From: Candidatus Parcubacteria bacterium
Lineage (GTDB): Bacteria; Patescibacteriota; Patescibacteriia; PEXW01
Length of the DNA: 64,000 bases
Direction of reading: 5' to 3'
Assembly (NCBI GenBank): GCA_003597955.1
Contig: QZJU01000020.1
Location: 13,459-77,458 of the forward strand
The notes under the pieces: generated by a model
The model's database searches: none
What the model was told of the DNA's origin: nothing
Seen by the model: only the letters and a program-made list of their open reading frames with translations
Position numbers and translations under genes: made by a program
Shown here: positions 38,368 through 47,708 of the stretch, in pieces
How the letters are laid out: each line of letters starts with the position of its first letter
Numbering within the stretch: the first letter of the stretch is position 1

Positions 38368-39510
38368 TTATTTATTGGCGACTGTCTTTCGATAAACCTT
38401 CATGGTCTCCCGGGCGCAGACCTCCCAAGAAAAATTCTTGGCTTGCGCCTGGCCGGCGGTGGAAAGTTTTTTGGCTAAACCGGGTTTTTCCAAAATATCC
38501 CGCATGGCTTTAGCCAGGGCCTCCAGATTCAGAGGGTCCACAAAAATGGCGGCCCGACCGGCGATCTCCGGCATGGAAGAAACCGGGCTGGTAATCGTGG
38601 GCGCACCCAGGGCTAAGGCTTCTAAAACCGGCAAACCAAAACCTTCGTATAAAGAAGGAAAAACAAAAGCGGAACAATTTTTGAGCAATTCGACCTTTTC
38701 ATTATGGGAGACATAGCCTAAATACCGAATGTTACGTTTTAAGCCCAAGTCCAGAATTTTCTGCATCACCTCTTCCGAATGATAACCGACCTGGCCGGCA
38801 ATCACTAAAATTGCATCGCGGCATTCTGGATTCTTGTCTAACAACATTTTAAATGCCCGCATCAGGCTGATCACATTTTTCCGCGGTTCTAGCGTGCCAA
38901 CAAAAAGCACGTACCGTTTGGGCAATTTAAATTTGGCCAAGGTTTCCTGGTTGCTACGCTTCAATGGAATCTTCTCCACATCATAGCCGTTGTACACCAC
39001 ATCCACTTTTTGGCTTTTAATATTAAAAAGTTTTTTTAAGTCTTTGGCCGTGCTGCGGGAAACCGCAATGATCCGATCGGCTTTGCGCAAGCTTTGCGGT
39101 ACCAAAATTGAACGCGAAATGAATGACGAAGGGAACCATTCAGGATTCCGATAAATGGCCAGGTCATGAACCGTATAAACGACTTTCTTAGGGTAAGTCA
39201 GCGGTATCACGCCAGCCGGAACGTGCAAAATATCCAAGCCCTCTTTTAAAAGGTACGCGGAAATAAGCATATGCGAATAGCCAAAAGACAAAAACCGGCC
39301 GTATTGGGAGAAGGGAAAATGTTTCAGTCTGACATTTGGCTTTTTATACACATTGACATCTCGGTTTCGGTAATCGAAATACAAAACAAACTCTTCTTTA
39401 GGGTATTGCTCAAGCAAGGCCATGACCAGGCCTTCCACATAATGACCGACCCCGGCGCGTTCGCCTGATTCCGGGTTTAGAATGGTTCGGCAGTCTATGC
39501 CAATCTTCAT
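38368..39510 (-). CDS. Glycosyltransferase family 4 (GT-B fold)
   Basis: EPRKN...FVFPSLYEGFGLPVLEALALGAP signature. Confidence 0.85.
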   Translation of the reverse strand: MKIGIDCRTILNPESGERAGVGHYVEGLVMALLEQYPKEEFVLYFDYRNRDVNVYKKPNVRLKHFPFSQYGRFLSFGYSHMLISAYLLKEGLDILHVPAGVIPLTYPKKVVYTVHDLAIYRNPEWFPSSFISRSILVPQSLRKADRIIAVSRSTAKDLKKLFNIKSQKVDVVYNGYDVEKIPLKRSNQETLAKFKLPKRYVLFVGTLEPRKNVISLMRAFKMLLDKNPECRDAILVIAGQVGYHSEEVMQKILDLGLKRNIRYLGYVSHNEKVELLKNCSAFVFPSLYEGFGLPVLEALALGAPTITSPVSSMPEIAGRAAIFVDPLNLEALAKAMRDILEKPGLAKKLSTAGQAQAKNFSWEVCARETMKVYRKTVANK

Positions 39511-39644
39511 AAAGCTTTTTAGTTTATCTAACCGTCTGGTTTATTATACCTTCATTTCATTGTGCCGAGGACATTTATTGTTGCTGCGGGATGAAACTCT
39601 GCAACCAGCCAAGTCTTTATTTTAACGATAATACCAGCAGAGTT

Positions 39645-41270
39645 TCACATTTTTTCGGGTGCGGAAATTCCAAGGACATTCAGTATATCAGCTAAAACTT
39701 GTTTTGTCGCTTTAATCAATTTCAAGGGCAGTTCTTGCGTCTGATCCTCAGAAATTACCCGGACCAGAGTGTAAAATTCATGAAATGTCCGGGCCAGGCT
39801 CAAAGCATATTGCGGAATGCGATGCGCGCCGCAGTCCTGACTGACATCGGCCAAAACCTCCGGCCACTGGATCAATTTCAAAAGAAGTTTTCTTTCCGGG
39901 TCAACCAATTTCGACGATTGAATTTTCTGAATTTTCAAACCCTGCGCCTTTTTTAAAATGCTGCATATCCGAGCGTGGGCGTATTGCACATAGTAAACAG
40001 GGTTTTTCTCGTTCTGGGCTTTAGCCAGATCCAAATCAAAATCCAAGTGCGTGTCTGCGGCTCGCAAAAGAAAGAAAAACCTGGCCGCATCCAAGCCAAC
40101 TTCTTTGATGACTTCTTCGGCTTCCACATAAGTTCCGCGGCGTTTTGACATCTTTATTTCCTCGCCGGCTTTTAGCAGGCGGACAAATTGAATTAAAATC
40201 ACTTCTAAGCTGCCTTTGACCGCCAAGGACTTTAAAGCGGCCTGCAACCTGGCGACATAACCATGGTGATCGGCGCCTAATATGTTAATTGCCAAATTGG
40301 CTTTGTGTTTGGAAAATTTCAGCCAATGGTAAGCGATGTCCGGCAAGAAATATGTCATCTCCCCGTCGGCTTTAATCAGCACGCGGTCTTTGTCGTCCCC
40401 ATACCGTGTGGTGGCCAGCCAGGTTGCGCCGTCCTTTTCGTAAATCGCCTGCTGGGCTTTTAATTGAGCCAGGACTTGCGTGACAATTTTGGAATCTTCC
40501 ACCAAGGCTTTTTCCGAAAACCAATTGTCAAAATGAATTTGCATCACATTCTCAACTACTCTCTGGATTTCCTTCAACATTTTCGCCACAATTTTATCTT
40601 TTAGTTTGTCCCTAATTTCGGCAATTTTGTTGAGGTCAGAAAGCTTATAATTCGGCAAATGCAGCTTGCCGGCCAGCTCGTCAATATAAGCGCCCTGGTA
40701 GCATGTTTCGGGAAAATCAATGGTAATGCCTTGGCGTTGCCAATAGCGCCTTAAAACCGATTCGGCCAGAATCGCCACTTGGTTGCCGCGATCATTTACG
40801 TAATACTCGGAAAAAACCTTATAACCAGCGCTTTTAAAAACTCTGGCCAAAACATCACCCAAAAATCCGCCGCGGGCATTGGCCAAGGTCAAAGGCCCGG
40901 TCGGGTTGGCAGAAATGAATTCCAAATGGATTTTCTGCCCCTTACCGAAATCCGATTTTGCAAAATTTCTGGCCGAATGGCTTAATTGCTCAAGTTGTGC
41001 CAGCAGCCATTCGTCATTCAAAGTGAAATTCAAAAAACCCGGGCCAGCTAATCGGGCGCTGGCGATTATTTTGGATTGCGTTTGGGACAGGTGCGCAATC
41101 AGGCCCTCGGCGAGCTTTTTTGGATTTTGGTTGGTGGCTTTGGCTAACTTTAAAACTAAATTAGTGGAATAATCGCCAAAATTAAGATTTTCCGGTATTT
41201 CAACCTGGAAATCGATTTTGGCATCTTGGAATTTCTGCAGTAAAGCCCGAATTTCGTTTTTGACATTCAT
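39645..41270 (-). CDS. argS: Arginyl-tRNA synthetase
   Basis: EFISANPTGPLTLANARGG and a C-terminal YVQYAHARICSIL (DALR domain). Confidence 0.9.
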   Translation of the reverse strand: MNVKNEIRALLQKFQDAKIDFQVEIPENLNFGDYSTNLVLKLAKATNQNPKKLAEGLIAHLSQTQSKIIASARLAGPGFLNFTLNDEWLLAQLEQLSHSARNFAKSDFGKGQKIHLEFISANPTGPLTLANARGGFLGDVLARVFKSAGYKVFSEYYVNDRGNQVAILAESVLRRYWQRQGITIDFPETCYQGAYIDELAGKLHLPNYKLSDLNKIAEIRDKLKDKIVAKMLKEIQRVVENVMQIHFDNWFSEKALVEDSKIVTQVLAQLKAQQAIYEKDGATWLATTRYGDDKDRVLIKADGEMTYFLPDIAYHWLKFSKHKANLAINILGADHHGYVARLQAALKSLAVKGSLEVILIQFVRLLKAGEEIKMSKRRGTYVEAEEVIKEVGLDAARFFFLLRAADTHLDFDLDLAKAQNEKNPVYYVQYAHARICSILKKAQGLKIQKIQSSKLVDPERKLLLKLIQWPEVLADVSQDCGAHRIPQYALSLARTFHEFYTLVRVISEDQTQELPLKLIKATKQVLADILNVLGISAPEKM

Positions 41271-41518
41271 GGCATTAGTATATCACTTCGGCCTTTTGGA
41301 AATTTCTTGAAATCTTCAGTACTTAAAAACATTTTTATGCCTCGATGCTGGAGATGCGATGGAAAGGTCATGGCCCCACCCACGCGCCCATTGACATTTC
41401 CTCCCAAATACATTATTCTGACTTATTCTTTGACAATATCCCGAGTAATAACCTCGGGCCGAAATCTCGCCGGGACGCGAGAAAACAAACAGTAATCCTG
41501 AAAAGGAGGATGAAGACG

Positions 41519-42421
41519 ATGTCACAGAAGACATTGATCCCGTCCAGAGTCACCCGTGATTCCAAGAAGGGCCAGAGAATTCTGGACCTCGTGGGTGCCG
41601 TCATCAACAAGCTTGGCCTTGATGAAGACCAGGCCCAGCGGGTAATCGAGAATCCCGAATTCCCGCCAGCTGTCGAAGCCGTATTGCGAACCTACGCGAT
41701 TCCGAATGAGTACGCCGATGAAGAGGTCTCCTCGAATTATGGCTACTTGTCCGGCTATCGCGAGGCAGCACCGATCGCTGACCAGATGCGCATCTTGCGC
41801 GAATACTTCCCGAACCTTGGTGATCCGGATGAAAGCTTCGCCAAGCAGGAACGTCCGGCAAACAGCGAAGGGTACTTCTGTATCCCGCGCTGGAAGCTGA
41901 TCGCCCCGACCTACAACGAGGCTGTCGAGAGGGTGCTCGAAGCGCTCAACAAACAACGCAAGGGCAAGTTCGTCAACTACCACAAAGGTGAACTCGGCCC
42001 GGATCGTTTGAGGCAGGGCGAACGGAAGCGTCTCGCTTTCGAGCGGCTCACCGTAGAGCAGGGACGTGACGTCCTTGTGGTGGCTGCCCAGTTCGGCTTC
42101 CAGCATCACGGACGTTCGGTTCGCAGAGCTCGTGCAGTCATGCCTGGCATCGAGTTCGGCCTTGGTGCCTTCGAGATCGGCATCATGCTGCTGACGCATG
42201 CGATCCGTCTCCAGCATCTCGACGACCTCTGGATCGACTGCCCTGGTGATGAGTACTCACCTGACGCTGGTGGCCGCTTCGGCGACGCCCCGTACTTCTA
42301 CTTCGGCAATGGCAAGCTCGAGTTCGGCACGGACCTCGTCGGCAATGCCAGCGGCCGCTGTGGGTCGGCGTCCGGGTTTTTACCCGCCGAAGCAACTGCG
42401 AAGGCGGGCTCTCCGCAGTAG
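41519..42421 (+). CDS. Hypothetical protein encoded by a GC-rich (about 60%) foreign-looking segment
   Basis: The ORF is open from 41345. The start was chosen at the ATG 9 nt after an AGGAGG RBS. Codon third positions are G/C-rich, unlike the rest of the window. No recognised domain. Confidence 0.5.
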   Translation: MSQKTLIPSRVTRDSKKGQRILDLVGAVINKLGLDEDQAQRVIENPEFPPAVEAVLRTYAIPNEYADEEVSSNYGYLSGYREAAPIADQMRILREYFPNLGDPDESFAKQERPANSEGYFCIPRWKLIAPTYNEAVERVLEALNKQRKGKFVNYHKGELGPDRLRQGERKRLAFERLTVEQGRDVLVVAAQFGFQHHGRSVRRARAVMPGIEFGLGAFEIGIMLLTHAIRLQHLDDLWIDCPGDEYSPDAGGRFGDAPYFYFGNGKLEFGTDLVGNASGRCGSASGFLPAEATAKAGSPQ

Positions 42422-42444
42422 AGTTGAGAATTGAACATTGGTTC

Positions 42445-42473
42445 CCCGCACCAGAACGAAGTTCGGTGCGGGG
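42445..42473. repeat. REP-like hairpin ccccgcaccagaacgaagttcggtgcgggg
   Basis: Perfect 10-bp stem. It belongs to the 'ccccgcacca' palindrome family and lies right after the GC-rich gene. Confidence 0.65.
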
Positions 42474-42518
42474 CAAGCTTGAATCTCTTGATCTATTGAT
42501 TCTTGAGTTAGTTTTTTG

Positions 42519-42552
42519 GGGTTATCCTTACATGGATAACCCTCTTTTTTAT
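42519..42552 (+). terminator. Rho-independent terminator
   Basis: Hairpin ggttatcc-ttacat-ggataacc followed by a T6 run. Confidence 0.6.
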
Positions 42553-42627
42553 TAACGGCCTTGACAATGACCTAAATTTACGGTAAGCTACCGGGTAAAA
42601 ATCAAACACCAAAAAAGGAGTCTTTTT

Positions 42628-43032
42628 ATGCAGATCAACTACTTCTTTCAGGCTGTCTGGAATAATATCCGGCTCTTGACTAATGTCGTTCCGAGCACAG
42701 ATTCGGTTCCGGAAAGAATTTACAAATTGACTGACGAGGTCGATCCGATCCGGGTGGAAGAAGCCCTACTTTGGATAGCAGACGCGACCATCGGCCGGGA
42801 GGGCTTGTACATACATGACGGCGGCGATCCTGCTCAGGTCGTCGGCCAGCTAAATTTGATCGCCCAGCAATTTCGAGTTCTTTATCCCAGCAAACTTGAA
42901 TGCACTGACCTAAGGCTCTGGAGCGATCTTCTCGCCGGTCTGGCGCTGGCCTACCTGGCACCGAAAAGTTCGGTTTTTCTTGACACCGTTGCCAAAAAAC
43001 CGAATTCCATCTATGAGCTTGTGGCTGCCTAA
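42628..43032 (+). CDS. Hypothetical protein (moderately GC-elevated)
   Basis: 134 aa. An AAGGAG RBS is upstream and a terminator hairpin follows at 43038..43080. Confidence 0.4.
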   Translation: MQINYFFQAVWNNIRLLTNVVPSTDSVPERIYKLTDEVDPIRVEEALLWIADATIGREGLYIHDGGDPAQVVGQLNLIAQQFRVLYPSKLECTDLRLWSDLLAGLALAYLAPKSSVFLDTVAKKPNSIYELVAA

Positions 43033-43095
43033 GACTTTGCCCGCGTCGAATTGAATTAACGACGCGGGTTTACTTTTTCTATATACTGACTGTAT

Positions 43096-43548
43096 ATGCC
43101 GCAATTGACCAAAAACCGCAAAGCCAATTTTAATTACGATGTCCTGGAAAAGTACGAAGCCGGCATTGTTTTAACCGGACCTGAAGTCAAATCGGTAAAA
43201 GCCGGAAATTTAAGCCTCCAAGGCGCTTATGTTAGTTTGCGGGAAAATTCCTTGTGGCTGGTGCACGCCTTTATCGCGCCTTACAAGCCTGCTAGGACTT
43301 TTCAAACCAATTACAATCCCGAAAGGGAAAGAAGGCTTCTGCTAACGAAAAATGAAATTTCCGGACTGGTCGGCAAAATGCACAGCGCCGGGTTGACTTT
43401 AATCCCTCTAAGCTTCTATACTCAGCGGGGTTTGGTGAAAGTTGCTTTAGGCTTAGCCCGGGGCAAAAAAGCCCACGATAAAAGAGCCAGCATTAAAAAA
43501 CGCGAAATTGCCCGGGATATTGGGAGAGCCTTAAGAAATAAGATTTAG
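43096..43548 (+). CDS. smpB: SsrA-binding protein SmpB
   Basis: GIVLTGPEVKS and a C-terminal basic tail. 150 aa. Confidence 0.9.
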   Translation: MPQLTKNRKANFNYDVLEKYEAGIVLTGPEVKSVKAGNLSLQGAYVSLRENSLWLVHAFIAPYKPARTFQTNYNPERERRLLLTKNEISGLVGKMHSAGLTLIPLSFYTQRGLVKVALGLARGKKAHDKRASIKKREIARDIGRALRNKI

Positions 43549-43662
43549 CTGTAGTTGATTGCAATAGCGTGATTATTAGTTTTGTTTCCAAGCCCAAAGC
43601 CACAAAAACTTTTTAAATCCTAAAGAACGTCAACATAAGAAAATTTCAAACACTTTTCTCAT

Positions 43663-44069
43663 GGGGATGTTCATAAGTTGATAGTTTGCTTTGACAATTA
43701 GCCTGCGGACCGCCTTTTTCGGGAATGGCGTAAAACTTTCTGAAAATTAGACAAATGCCAATTCATTTGTCAGCAAAGTGAAGACTGCATTGGCCAAAAC
43801 CTTTGCCGTCCCAGCTTTCGCTCCGGTTGTTGCTTAAAAACCAATAACCCATTCGCCCCGCAGCCTGATGCGGGATTCGCGAGTGTTAAATTTCAGGCTG
43901 GATATTTTTCACCGCGCGCTGAAAAATATTGAGAAACTTGCGCGCTTTGGCGTTTTGCGATCTTGGTTGTTCCCTGCGCAAAATGTCGAAAACCCTTGAA
44001 CAACCTATGTCCGAAGAAAGTTAATTGCCGGTAAACTAGACAGGGGTGCAAGACCCCTCATCTCCACCA
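43663..44069 (+). ncRNA. ssrA: tmRNA (ssrA)
   Basis: The 5' GGGGATG pairs with the 3' CATCTCC-A-CCA, giving a 7-bp acceptor stem with a G3·U70 wobble (the alanine identity element). A T-arm AGGGG-TGCAAGA-CCCCT directly precedes it. A D-analog UUCAUAAGUUGAUA follows the 5' strand. It sits immediately downstream of smpB. A candidate tag ORF ends ...FAPVVA-TAA. Confidence 0.72.
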
Positions 44070-44156
44070 TGAACCATTCGCTTCGCTCATGTTCATGGCA
44101 AGCCATAAATATGTCAGATTGAAAAAGTATTTGTCGTAGAGTCAAGTCTTGCGAAT

Positions 44157-44200
44157 GGTTCATGCCCTGTACCCGAGCTTCGCGGGTGGTACAGGGAAAG
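44157..44200. repeat. Palindromic hairpin ccctgtacccgagcttcgcgggtggtacaggg (family 2, related to 6270..6312)
   Basis: Seen directly. It has nested inverted repeats. It lies between the tmRNA 3' end and the GIY-YIG gene. Confidence 0.6.
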
Positions 44201-44218
44201 AGTAAAAAGGGACAAACT

Positions 44219-44485
44219 ATGAACTTCAAATTTGTTTACATTTTGCAAAGCTTAAAAGACCACCGGCTCTATATTGGATTTACCGAAAAGCTCAAAACTC
44301 GGATGAAGGCACATGCAGCCGGTCAAAATCAATCTACCAAAAACCGAAGACCATTGAAATTAATTTATTTCGAAGGCTTTTTATCCGAAATTGATGCTCG
44401 AAGACGAGAAAAGTACTTCAAGTCCACCAAGGGGAAAACCACTCTCAAAATAATGCTTAAAGATCATTTTAGAACCCAAGAGTAA
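44219..44485 (+). CDS. GIY-YIG nuclease family protein (second copy)
   Basis: FKFVYILQS...RLYIGFTEKLKTRMKAHAAG...LIYFEGF...ARRREKYFKS. An AAGGGA RBS precedes the ATG at 44219. Confidence 0.8.
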   Translation: MNFKFVYILQSLKDHRLYIGFTEKLKTRMKAHAAGQNQSTKNRRPLKLIYFEGFLSEIDARRREKYFKSTKGKTTLKIMLKDHFRTQE

Positions 44486-44577
44486 AACATCTGATTTAAA
44501 AAACATTAATGCTTTTGCATTCAACTTTACTTGGCTACTCAATATTTAAGAATAAACGAATTTTTCCGGGTAGGTTT

Positions 44578-44600
44578 TTGATGTGATATAATATCCCTAT
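44578..44600 (+). promoter_or_regulatory. Candidate sigma70 promoter with extended -10 (TGaTATAAT) for infC-rpmI-rplT
   Basis: tttttgatgtgatataat, with TGnTATAAT about 25 nt upstream of the infC start. Confidence 0.4.
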
Positions 44601-44623
44601 CTCGCCCTTAAAAACTCAAGATC

Positions 44624-45136
44624 ATTAGCACAAAAAGATTCCGCATAAATGAGCAAATCCGGCTGCCGGAAGTTCAAGTTATTGGCCCGGACGGCAAGTT
44701 CCTGGGGCAGATGCCCACTTCGCACGCCCTGGACCTGGCCCGAGACCAGGAATTAGACCTGGTGGAAGTGAATCCTGTCGCCCGCCCCCCGATCTGTAAA
44801 ATCATCAATTGGGGTTCCTACCTGTACCAGCAGGAAAAGGCCGAGCGCAAACAAAAAGCCAAACAAAAGAGCGCTGAAGTAAAGGGTTTAAGACTTTCGC
44901 TTAAAATCGGGACGCACGATTTGGAATTGCGTAAAAATCAGGCTTTAAAATTTTTCGAACAGGGTGACCGGGTCAAAGTGGAAATGATTTTGCGAGGTCG
45001 GGAAAGAGCGAGAATGGATCTAGCGAAAAAAATCATCAGCGATTTTATCGCGAGTTTAGGCGACGGCGTTATGGTCGACTCCCCGATCAGCGCCATGGGC
45101 GGCCGCTTGACCGTTCTGCTAAGGCAGAAAAAGTGA
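44624..45136 (+). CDS. infC: Translation initiation factor IF-3, non-ATG (ATT or ATC) start
   Basis: In-frame N-terminus ...IISTKRFRINEQIRLPEVQVIGPDGKFLG precedes the first ATG. The C-terminal domain is ELRKNQALKFFEQGDRVKVEMILRGRE. No ATG lies upstream in frame, as in the canonical AUU-start infC. Confidence 0.82.
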   Translation: MSTKRFRINEQIRLPEVQVIGPDGKFLGQMPTSHALDLARDQELDLVEVNPVARPPICKIINWGSYLYQQEKAERKQKAKQKSAEVKGLRLSLKIGTHDLELRKNQALKFFEQGDRVKVEMILRGRERARMDLAKKIISDFIASLGDGVMVDSPISAMGGRLTVLLRQKK

Positions 45137-45196
45137 AGCGCTCCCCGGGCTAACTATCTGGAGTTTCAACTCTTGTCGGCTTTCGGGGCGCGGAAC

Positions 45197-45234
45197 CCCG
45201 CACCATCACACAAAATTCGGGACTGGTGCGTGGG
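45197..45234. repeat. REP-like hairpin ccccgcaccatcacacaaaattcgggactggtgcgtggg
   Basis: 'ccccgcacca' family. It lies between infC and rpmI. Confidence 0.55.
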
Positions 45235-45308
45235 TAAGCCCAACCTTATCCAGACACTTGACGCATCGGCAAAAAGCCGATAGAGTTTAACTCACCTTTA
45301 ACGATTTT

Positions 45309-45506
45309 ATGCCAAAACTCAAGACCCACAAAGCCACTCTTAAGCGCTTTCGCCGTTCAGGCAAAGGCAAAATTTTGCGGCGGAGGGCCGGGCAGGATCA
45401 CTTTAACGCGCGGGAATCAGGCAAAATCACCCGCAATAAAAGACGGGATGTTTTAGCGCACGAAACCAATTTAAAAGCCATCCGAAAACTTACTCCTTAT
45501 TCCTAA
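45309..45506 (+). CDS. rpmI: 50S ribosomal protein L35
   Basis: MPKLKTHKATLKRF..., 65 aa. Confidence 0.9.
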   Translation: MPKLKTHKATLKRFRRSGKGKILRRRAGQDHFNARESGKITRNKRRDVLAHETNLKAIRKLTPYS

Positions 45507-45519
45507 TTCCTAAAAAACC

Positions 45520-45861
45520 ATGCGGGTCAAGCGCGGCACCAGCCACATCAAGCATCGGAAGAATTTGCTTCAAAGAGCCAAGGGTTTTCGTTGGAAAAGA
45601 AAGTCCAGCGTTAAACTGGCCAAAGTCGCTGTGCGGAAGGCCGGCCGCTATGCCTACATCCACCGGCGTTTGAAAAAGCGAGAGAATCGCCGGCTTTGGC
45701 AAATCAAAATCAACGCGGCCGCTCGGGCAAATGACCTGAACTACAGCAAATTAATAAGCAACCTCAAAAAAGCCAAGATTGATCTTGACCGAAAAATCCT
45801 AGCCCAATTGGCTGAATTTCATCCGGAAGCTTTCCAAAAAATCCTGAACCAGGCTAAATAA
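45520..45861 (+). CDS. rplT: 50S ribosomal protein L20
   Basis: MRVKRGTSHIKHRKNLLQRAKGF..., 113 aa. Confidence 0.9.
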   Translation: MRVKRGTSHIKHRKNLLQRAKGFRWKRKSSVKLAKVAVRKAGRYAYIHRRLKKRENRRLWQIKINAAARANDLNYSKLISNLKKAKIDLDRKILAQLAEFHPEAFQKILNQAK

Positions 45862-45942
45862 ACAACCGAATTCCGAATGCAAACACCCGGGCGGAAAAAC
45901 CGCCCCGCTTTTTTAATGCCGAAATTCTGTTAAAATTATTTT

Positions 45943-47538
45943 ATGCCCGAATCAAAAAAACTGCTTTTTAGCTTCTTGGCCGTTGGGCTTTTGGCCGGCG
46001 GTTTCTTCTTTTGGCAGCTAGGCAAAAACCCTCTGGAAAAATGGGATGAGGCCATACACGCCCAAGTCACACACGAAATGCTGACTTCGGGTAACTGGCT
46101 GGAGCTGACCTGGAATCACGAGCCGTATTACCGAAAACCGCCTTTAAGATTCTGGCTGCAAGGCGCGGTTTCCGGACTTGTTGGTGAAAATGAATTTACC
46201 ATCCGCTTTTGGTCGGCAACGGCTGGAGTCTTAACAACTTTGCTGATTGCCCTCTGGGCCTGGCAGGCACTTAGAAAATTGCCCGCAGTCTGGTTTTCGG
46301 TTTTGGGATTTTTATCGGGCAAATACCTTTTCTACCACGCTTTCCGTACGGGTGAGACTGACGGCCTCTTGGCTTTTTTTACGCTTTTGGCTTTGTGGCT
46401 GTATTGGCAAAGCTGGAAAAAGCCTAAATATATTTACTGGCTAGCGCTGATTTTGGGTCTGACTTTTTTAACCAAATTTTCCGCGGCGGCTTTTGCCGGC
46501 CTGGCCATTCTGCTCCATCTGATTTTTACAAAAAAATTCAAAAGTTATTCTGGAAGAAATTGGCTCATCGCTGCCGGCGTTGGCCTATTATCAATTGCGC
46601 CGTGGGTAATCATCCAGCTGATTTTCCGAGGCCAGGCTTTTATCCAGGAATACTTCCAGGCCGACATTATTGAAAGAGCCACGACGAATTTGTACGGTTT
46701 TGTGGCTGGACCGGATTTTTACTGGGAAGTGTTTATTAAAAGATTCTTTCCGCTCGCCTGCTTTGCTGTGCCGGCGATACTATGGTCGGCTTGGCGTGGT
46801 TGGAAAGAAAAAAATCAACTACTGTTTTTATGGCTGATTTTTTTGGTCACCACCGCCGCGATTCTAACGCTCAATGCCAGCAAGACAAATTGGTATCTTT
46901 TGCCGCTTTATCCGATCATTGCCCTCGTGCTTGGAAACTGGCTGTCCAGTTGGCCCAGCTTGACCAAGCGGGCTTGGGAACTGCTGTTAATCGCACTGGG
47001 CTTAAGTTTTTTTGCCTATCGCCTACCCAGCATGATTGATGCCACCAGCTCGCTAAGATATTTTGTTCCGCAAAATTATCTGCCACAATTTCTTCCCAAG
47101 CCGGGCCGGTGGCTCTGGGCGATTTTCTTGGCTGGGTTATTTTTGGCGATTTACTGGCTGGCCAAAAAACACCATTTTAAAAAACTCTGGCAAGCCGCAA
47201 TCGCTCTTGTTCTGCTTTGGCTTTTTGGCTTGGGTTTAGGCGGCCAAATCGCCGAACTTAGGCTGAAACGCAGTGAAACGCTTTTGCCGGAAATCCGCGC
47301 TTACCTTCGACACAACAATGTTTCCGAGCTTTATTTTTACAATATTTACTTACCGCACGAGCCCAGTGTTGTTTACTACTTGGGCAATGAAAAAAATTCG
47401 CGACTTATTCCCCTCGATGCCCCGGCTTCAGCCAAGCCTGACAGCCTGGTTTTGGAAAAAATCCTGAATAAAGAAAAAATTATTGCGGGAAAAGCCGTTA
47501 TGGAGTCGCCGGATTTCCAGTTGGTGGAAATAAAGTGA
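45943..47538 (+). CDS. GT-C family glycosyltransferase (ArnT/PMT-like, GT39/GT83)
   Basis: An N-terminal DE-containing loop (WDEAIHAQVTHEM), about 12 TM helices and a C-terminal periplasmic domain. Confidence 0.72.
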   Translation: MPESKKLLFSFLAVGLLAGGFFFWQLGKNPLEKWDEAIHAQVTHEMLTSGNWLELTWNHEPYYRKPPLRFWLQGAVSGLVGENEFTIRFWSATAGVLTTLLIALWAWQALRKLPAVWFSVLGFLSGKYLFYHAFRTGETDGLLAFFTLLALWLYWQSWKKPKYIYWLALILGLTFLTKFSAAAFAGLAILLHLIFTKKFKSYSGRNWLIAAGVGLLSIAPWVIIQLIFRGQAFIQEYFQADIIERATTNLYGFVAGPDFYWEVFIKRFFPLACFAVPAILWSAWRGWKEKNQLLFLWLIFLVTTAAILTLNASKTNWYLLPLYPIIALVLGNWLSSWPSLTKRAWELLLIALGLSFFAYRLPSMIDATSSLRYFVPQNYLPQFLPKPGRWLWAIFLAGLFLAIYWLAKKHHFKKLWQAAIALVLLWLFGLGLGGQIAELRLKRSETLLPEIRAYLRHNNVSELYFYNIYLPHEPSVVYYLGNEKNSRLIPLDAPASAKPDSLVLEKILNKEKIIAGKAVMESPDFQLVEIK

Positions 47539-47651
47539 GCTTGGCATAAAATAAAACCCGTGATACAATCGCCTGTGCATTTAACAAATGGACCCGTAGT
47601 GCCTGCCCGCCACTACTAATTATTAGGCGATGGCAGGCGGGTAGCGGTTAA

Positions 47652-47690
47652 CCCCGCACCATTCCTCGCTAACGCTCGGATGGTACGGGG
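47652..47690. repeat. REP-like imperfect hairpin ccccgcaccattcc...ggatggtacgggg
   Basis: 'ccccgcacca' family. It lies just upstream of tRNA-Asp. Confidence 0.5.
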
Positions 47691-47708
47691 CAAGCACGCC
47701 AAGTTTTT

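Noticed and set aside
41522-42217. 231-aa minus-strand ORF, and others inside the GC-rich segment
   Set aside because: Long antisense ORFs are expected by chance in 60% GC DNA. The plus-strand ORF has the RBS and terminator.
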